A DNA stretch of 61,393 nt, filler included, from Choristocarpus tenellus KU-1152 (taxonomy: Eukaryota; Protista; Phaeophyceae), in the NCBI GenBank assembly GCA_964200185.2. It is 5 parts of 5 records of this genome, joined end to end, with 100 filler letters (N's around TTAATTAATTAA, not from the genome) between each part and the next. Parts side by side here need not be neighbours in the genome. Positions count along the whole stretch, not along the records: positions 54,698 to 61,393 come from CAXNAD020007546.1; 4 more parts are not named here. The stretch is one strand, 5' to 3'. Of this stretch, positions 54,839-61,393 are shown piece after piece; positions within the stretch are counted from its first letter, which is position 1, and the number at the start of each line of letters is the position of its first letter. Below the pieces are notes generated by a model. The model did no database searches and was not told the DNA's origin. It saw only the letters and a program-made list of their open reading frames with translations. The position numbers were made by a program, and so were the translations under genes.

Positions 54839-57800
54839 TCCGAAGATACCGGTGCAAGTGCTGCTTTTGGCGGTCAGACCTTCCAGGCAGCATACTGCAA
54901 GCCTGGCCCAAGTGCATTCAAGCTCAGACAGGGCAAGGAAGTTTTCAAGGCAAGTATGTTATGTTAATTACGAATATTGTAGAATTCCAATGATAACATA
55001 CATCTCACAAGAGCTCCTTCATACATTGCTTGTGCTATTAATTCTTGCTATTGTTACTGGAATGCACACTTCCAAAGACCACCAATTTTTGTAGACATCA
55101 TTTTGTGGCCTGTGCTCATCAACTGACAAGGGAATCAGAACACTTGATAAGTATTCCTATTTTAATCTTTTTTTTTATTGAGACTCCCTACATCCCAGGT
55201 CAATTGGGACTCACTGAGCCCTTAAATGATGTAGATGAGTGCAAGGGGGAAGCTATAACCTCGTAGTTGAATGCCTTGTCTCTTCTGCCTGGTTGTCAAT
55301 AGTTCACTTGCTGGAAATGACTGAGCTGAATTAGAGAACACACCACAACCTTTGAGAGAAAACTTTTCCTCCTGTTATATTATTCTCTGTCTGCATTTTT
55401 TTGTGTTAAGAATTGCTCCAGTGCACATTACGTGTTCTTCACAAGTATCCTTCACACCTCATGCAAACACTTCCAGATTCTGTACAGAACAAAGCTAAAG
55501 ACCCCTGCCCGAAAGGGAAAGACAGGCAAGGGGGAAAATGGTGCTTCTGATGGCAACAAGAGGAGAGCTAAGGCCAAGCCCAGGGGGAAGATGAGTGAAG
55601 AGGGAGGCGATGGAGTTTCAATTGAGAAGCCACGTAAGGTGGGCCGTTGGCCTTGAGGCTTTTGTTAGTGTGATCCTCCCGTCATAGAGGAGAGGTAAGA
55701 ACCTTGTTAGTCCTCATCTTTGCCATGCAGAAGCCCTGGCACAACTGCAGGGTAAGTGCATGCAGTTTTATGCAGATAATGCATAATTGCAGAGTCATGC
55801 TTAGACCAATGGGGAGTAGTTGTTTTGACAGAGGGCAACAACATTACTCGAGGACTGTGCATTCTGTGTATCACAATGAATTGAGGGAGTGCATTCAACC
55901 CGGAACATCTTCTCCCCCTTCAAGCTCACGTCCCTCTGTTCACCCATGTATGCAGTCTCTATGTGCCATACTTTTTGCTGACACCACGCTGCTCGTCCTC
56001 TTGTGTTGCATGGAATATTTTTCTTTTTATCACTAGAGGAAAGGTTCTAGAGGAAGCGGTTCCAAGACCTCATCTCAAGCAGTGGTGGAGCCCATTGTGG
56101 TTGACTTTAATGATACACAGGCAAGAGTAAACCAAATCCAATGTCCCCATTTTGTTCTTCTCTGTATCGTAGTACACACTAAAGTTGTAGTGAAATACCA
56201 ATGTTTGCAACCTATTGCCATGATGTCAGTAACATTTTTATGTTACTCAGTGGTAAGCTTATATTTATGTTGGCTTTGGATTGAGCTTGAATAGCTACAA
56301 TTTGCATGTGCTCGCAGCTTGAGATGCAAAGATCGGATTCAAAGTTTGTGGGAATTCAATTATTGTCGGGTGAGAGATGAAGCCACTGTGTAGGTGCTGG
56401 AGTATGTTAGTCAATAGAGAAGTCTTGGTTATATCCATGCTTATGACTTCAAACGAATAGTAGTGTAACCTTGATAGTCTACCAGCACATCACACAAGGA
56501 ATTGGTGACATTGAGCAAAACTATCGTAAGGTATTTGGTATGATAAATTATTGTGATTAAGATTGCTTTTGTGAAAAATATTGCTTTTAAATACTTTTGG
56601 TCTTGGGTTGCAAGCATTCGAATGCTGAAGGACCATGTTGTCCTACCCTCCATAGTCATCCTAGCAAACAATCGTAAAAGTTACCAAACAATATATTTCC
56701 TAGAACATTACTAAACATTTCGATATTCTAAGATTCCTTTCCATCACTCAGGATCATTCTAGTCTCACTATATTGCCACAAAGACATTTCTTACTTCATG
56801 TATACTACTAGCAACATTGAGTTTGTACAGTACTACAACACATGTCCCTTTGCAAACGGTTCATAACAAGATTGAGGGTGAGGAGAACGTGTTTGCAATC
56901 AATATTTCCAGGGTTTTTCACCAGGCCAGCAAATTAAAATAGTCCTGTTCACCAGCTGGACCGGTCCCATACTTGTTTAGCATGCCCTGGTCTATGTCCG
57001 CTGGCCAGACTAGGCCAAACATTCTCTAATATGTGCGGACAATGTCCATTGGATAAGGTATTGGTCCATGTCCACTGCATGTTGTACTCTTCTACAATGA
57101 AAAATGTGTTATGTGAAAGGTTAAGTTATACTCCAGTAGTATGTACATATAGATAGAACACTTTCGGACTTATCTGGACTTATTAGTTCGAACTGGAGAA
57201 CATGTAAATATGCATGCACAGCGAGAATGTTAGGAGGCTTAAAGGGTGGAATTTTCTTTTTTCTTACTTATTATTCGCGTTTGATCCATGATGAGTGAGT
57301 GTCAAAACACATCTTATAAAGTCACAAATCACCTCACCCACGAAAACACCAACACACAACGACAATGTCTATATTATGTGTATTATTTCCAATAGTAGTA
57401 TAGGATACTTCCTCCAGTTGGGATTAAATGTAACATAGCTTTTTCAAGCTCCTCTCTTGTCTGGAAACGACCCACTTGATAAACCTCTGGACGCTTCGTT
57501 CCCATATAGATTGGGAAACTTGCAAAGTTCAAGATGGTGGAATGTCATTACTGTGGAGGATTACCTATTCAAACTCGAGCAAGTCACATTTGACAGGGTT
57601 CAAAAACCTCATGAAACTGTCAATGCAAGTGTTTATTGGGATGCCCAGGATGAAGCCCACTTCACATGACGTTTTAGAGAAGTACTTTGAAGTACTGTGT
57701 ATACAGTCCTGTTGCCGTACATAGGACCCACAGTCTTATAAATGGATGACTGGGATCGTGGTCATGATGCAATATGCACCTCTCCTGCTTCACATGCCAG

Positions 57801-60800
57801 TCCACAACCATCTATACCGTAAGTCTATACAACAGTGCCCCCCTCACCCTAGTAACCGAATCTTTTGCCGATTTGTGTATGACCGGCACCTATATCCCCC
57901 AGAACCATTCTACTGAAGGTAGCGAGGATGACTTAATTGTGACCAAAAGACCTTCAAAGCTCTCATCCTCCCGAAAGATGGTTAGATCTCCTAAGCGATC
58001 CAGGGCTAGGAAGGCACAGGGGCTGAAGAGGTGAGGGATAGACTGGGGAAATAGTGAGAAAGATACGCTGTATTCCTGAAACCTAAACTCAGAATAGCTT
58101 GTTTCTGTGTCTTGTTATCCCACTGGTTTTATGTCCATTGTTCAGTGGCACTTGCAGACTGTGAAACCGCATGTGATAAGGTCATGTTATAACAAGCACA
58201 TTGGAGGATTGTTGATGATTTCTTCAATGACGTGAGAGAGAGTAAATTGTTACCACAACGATAGTGCCAACAATGACCTTGTTATTGGCTTCTGAGGTTT
58301 GGCCCTCGCTTCTTTGTACCTTATGTGATCATTAGTGTGTGAGCAATTGTTCACACCTAGGAAATGTAAACACTTGCACGACACAACTTGACAGTTTTAG
58401 TGTTGATATTGGCAGCAAATCATCCCCTGATCAAGGAACATAATTCAAATGGCCCCAAGTATTGTCCTGGCAAGTGGGCAATATGTAGCAAATGACTCCC
58501 GACTGTAAGAACATGTTTTTCCCCACAATGTGATGGTATGATTCAGTGAGGCATAATGCACAGGCGAGTCTAACCCTTATGAGTAAGAAATACCAGAGTT
58601 CAACTAAAATCCTGATAGCATCTGTCGAATCAAATACTTTTTTTCATTCCCAACATGATACAACTAATCCGAAACGTCTCTCATTTTCGAATTTTTCATT
58701 TTGCAGAATTGTCAGAAATGATAATCCCACCTTCTTCACAGTAACATTGTTAAACCTAATAAGTCATAGTCATAGGTGCTCCTTAGTGAAAGAGTATCAA
58801 AATATATCTGTATGCATCCACGTTGAAACGATCTCCATGGTCATGTGGATTGTATTGTGGTCGAAGGCTTGATCCAGGACGTTTTTGTGTTTTGTGCGAT
58901 AACTGATGTGATAGAGTTCATTGATGCTGAGCGTTGCTCTGGATAACACGCACTAACCCTAACGCAACTGATTCAGGAATTTCCTGAACAACAGTTGTTT
59001 AAGTTAAAATTTGACCTATTGTGCTAGGTCAAAACTAGAGTTGACCTTTTTATTTTCTGAAATGTGTGATTGTATATGCCCCTGTTCTTTGTTCTCCTAT
59101 CTGTCTGCTCTGAAATTTCTGAGCTTATCCTTAGCTTGAGTACAAAAGCAAGTCTTGTGAAGGAAACTGGTGTCCAAGTCACCTCATTCGAGAACTGTCT
59201 GTAGTTGAGCCTCCACATCACTGCTTGGCAACTACCCTTGAGCGTAGTCAACACACTATCCTTTGGATGTACCCCAACGATGGATTACATTTTCGTTAGT
59301 GACGGAGAGCATCTGCTTATGGAGTGTACAAGTTCTTTGTGGTGTGATCTTGGACAACATTGTGTTTCTCAGAAACCTGTACAATAGAAGAGATGCTCCA
59401 TTCGTTTTGTGTTATCCTACTGTTATTTCTTGGATTCCACACACAAATTGATTCCTTCCCTTGTATCCAAGCAAGGAAAATTACTCCAACACACATCCAA
59501 CGTCTTTACCCAATAAAATAGCACGATTTATTACTGTGTTGGCTGTTGCTCCATTTGTGTCTGGTGTTCTGGTGAATCCGATGTCTTGAAGAAGCACAAG
59601 GCGCATGAGTTCTGAATTTGAGGAGCAGCTTAAGGCAGTACTGTTTGAGTGGCGTATGGCTCGGGCAGAGGAGTTCAAAGCAGACAATGAAAGATACTTC
59701 TACATACTCCCAGAACCAGAGGTGAGGTTAGGTCCAGTGCATAGTGAGATGTATGCACTGCATATTGCTATGAATTGTACCACAAGATTCATATTCATGC
59801 ATGCAGGGGCGTAAAACATGTCCCTTTATTATGGGAATGTAGAACAGGAGCTTCAATACTTATGTTTTGTTCATTTGGCGCTTGTGTTGTTGGGCAGTTC
59901 ATATCATTTTCATATACTATTGTTGCACATTGCATGACCATATTTGTGTAGAAATTGGCAGGCTAAGGCACAGGCAATATCTGATTATCAAGTACAGCAA
60001 TACATTTTTCGTCCATGCTTTTGTCATCCCCTCTCTCCCTGACTATTTTTATTGCTACCCACTATCACCCACTGCAGGTTCTCGAGCTGGTTCATCGAGT
60101 CCCAACAACACCTGAAGAGTTACGATGTATTGGTCGATGGCGAGGTATGGTTTCGATCATGATCATGTTCACTTCTTACTAGTAGCTTCGAAGTTGTTGA
60201 GTATGCAAGGGTTGTGAGGCATATTTTGTTTGAAGAGAGCATACTCAGGCCGTTCCATTTGTTGCTACAAATACGTGAACAACACATAAGCAACAAGGTA
60301 TAGCTGTACGCATCGTTGGTCATGCAGGGACCTTCCCCCAGAAGAGTTGCCTCAATAATGTTTGTGACGAGTTGATGAACTACAGAGAGTTAGAGTATGG
60401 AAACAGTGTCTGCATATATTTTTGCTGGTAAGCGTGGGCCACAGAATTGCTTGTTCGGGTGGCCCATCCATAAATCTCCCCACAAACTATTTTGTAGTGT
60501 TTAGAAAAACTAAGCCGTAAGTCATAGAATAGTTCCAACTTTATGCTGTTCTCCCATCCTGCCCTCACTCACCTTTTACCTCTTTTTTATCGCTCTTGAG
60601 GTGAGAGCAAGATGAGAAAACATGGTGAAGCTCTGGTGGAGGTAGTGAATGAGTTCCTCCGCTCAAACTCAATCACGCTTGAAGGAGACTTTCCATTAGA
60701 AGACCAAGATGAGGATGTAAGGGTTGGGATAGTTGTGTCTGCACATATTTCGGTCATATTTGTCTCCCAGGATACTGTTGGGAAACGTTCTCTTTGCAAT

Positions 60801-61045
60801 AGTCTGTAGTAGGTGTCCCTAATGCTCCGGACCGTAGGTGATGTAGATACCTAGCTCACCAACATTAAAATCAGGTCGTGCTCCTTAGATGAAGCAAGGG
60901 TCGACAGTGATTGTGAAATCTGTTGAAATCAGTGTAGTGGTGCCAATATCGGTTATGGCTTGCAAATGAAACCTGACCAGCTTTTTCTTTGCTCCTTCCT
61001 AGGTGGTGAGCTTTCCATCAGGTGGTGATGACAACGGGTCAGATG
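54839..61045 (+). CDS. RecQ-family DNA helicase (BLM/Sgs1-like), C-terminal part: end of RQC winged helix, basic linker, HRDC domain; incomplete at both ends
   Basis: Exons 54839-54949, 55477-55638, 56037-56120 (or -56126), 57903-58030, 59595-59721, 60078-60144, 60601-60716, 61003-61045 are phase-compatible. AAYCKPGPSAFKLRQGKEVFKI resembles the RQC end. LKAVLFEWRMARAEE...YFYILPEPEVLELVHRVPTTPEELRCIGRWRGESKMRKHGEALVEVV fits HRDC. The helicase core is not in the window. Confidence 0.72.
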
Positions 61046-61152
61046 GTAAGGTGGACCCCATGATCTTATTTCTTGTCTCTACAGTACATTTTGGCATGCT
61101 TTTTGAAGTCTCCCCTATCTCTCTTTTTGGCGGGGTCATGCAGCTTAGGACT

Positions 61153-61393
61153 GAGTAAAAAGCATCTTAGAGGGTACAATTTTTGCCCTGTTTGTCCATT
61201 TGAAGCTTGACCCTCAATGGGTTTTTTTACCTACTCCAAAATGTTTCAGAGTAAGTAAAATGTATACGTCATGAAAAGGCGTGTCCGGAACAAGGATATT
61301 AACACTTCCTAACAATATGATAGTCAAAATTACATCAAAATCGCAATATTGGATTTTGGCCCCCAAATGGACGCGGCACTACCCTCTAAGATG
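61153..61393 (-). mobile_element. Sola2-like MITE (copy 5, runs off window end), in a RecQ intron
   Basis: GAGTAAAAAGCATCTTAGAGGGTA ... ggacgcggcacTACCCTCTAAGATG, colinear with copy 2. Confidence 0.9.

Noticed and set aside
57420-58560. Possible transposase relics in RecQ introns (YRLGNLQSSRWWNV on +; SHLLHIAHLPGQYLGPF on -, CACTA-like)
   Set aside because: Short, stop-interrupted, and only vaguely motif-like. It would need a tBLASTn/HMM search to support.

Overview
Intron-rich eukaryotic nuclear DNA, most likely from a photosynthetic stramenopile such as a brown alga or relative. This is an inference from a signal-peptide plus G-F plastid presequence, the intron style and TTAGGG dimers. The window is five contigs joined by artificial 100-bp linkers (44 N + TTAATTAATTAA + 44 N), so adjacency across linkers is not evidence. 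Gene models I spliced by hand: TraB-domain protein (-), LigB/DODA-type extradiol dioxygenase (+), RACK1 (-), NMD3 (+), FAD synthase (-), 3' part of a tandem-BTB protein (+), cathepsin H (-), 3' part of a RecQ helicase (+), and a weak unknown gene fragment. Non-genic content: a degenerate DIRS/Ngaro-type retroelement, five copies of a ~257-bp MITE with GAG...CTC ends and 4-bp TSDs (Sola2-like), and a ~465-bp tandem array. Best leads: (1) each array unit reads on the minus strand as a non-coding exon plus a hairpin-rich intron; (2) the TraB protein carries an apparent signal + plastid + twin-arginine thylakoid-lumen presequence that only appears after splicing; (3) cathepsin H has an extra N-terminal Cys-rich module; (4) FAD synthase has a putative C-terminal membrane anchor. 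All exon boundaries are manual predictions without transcript support.
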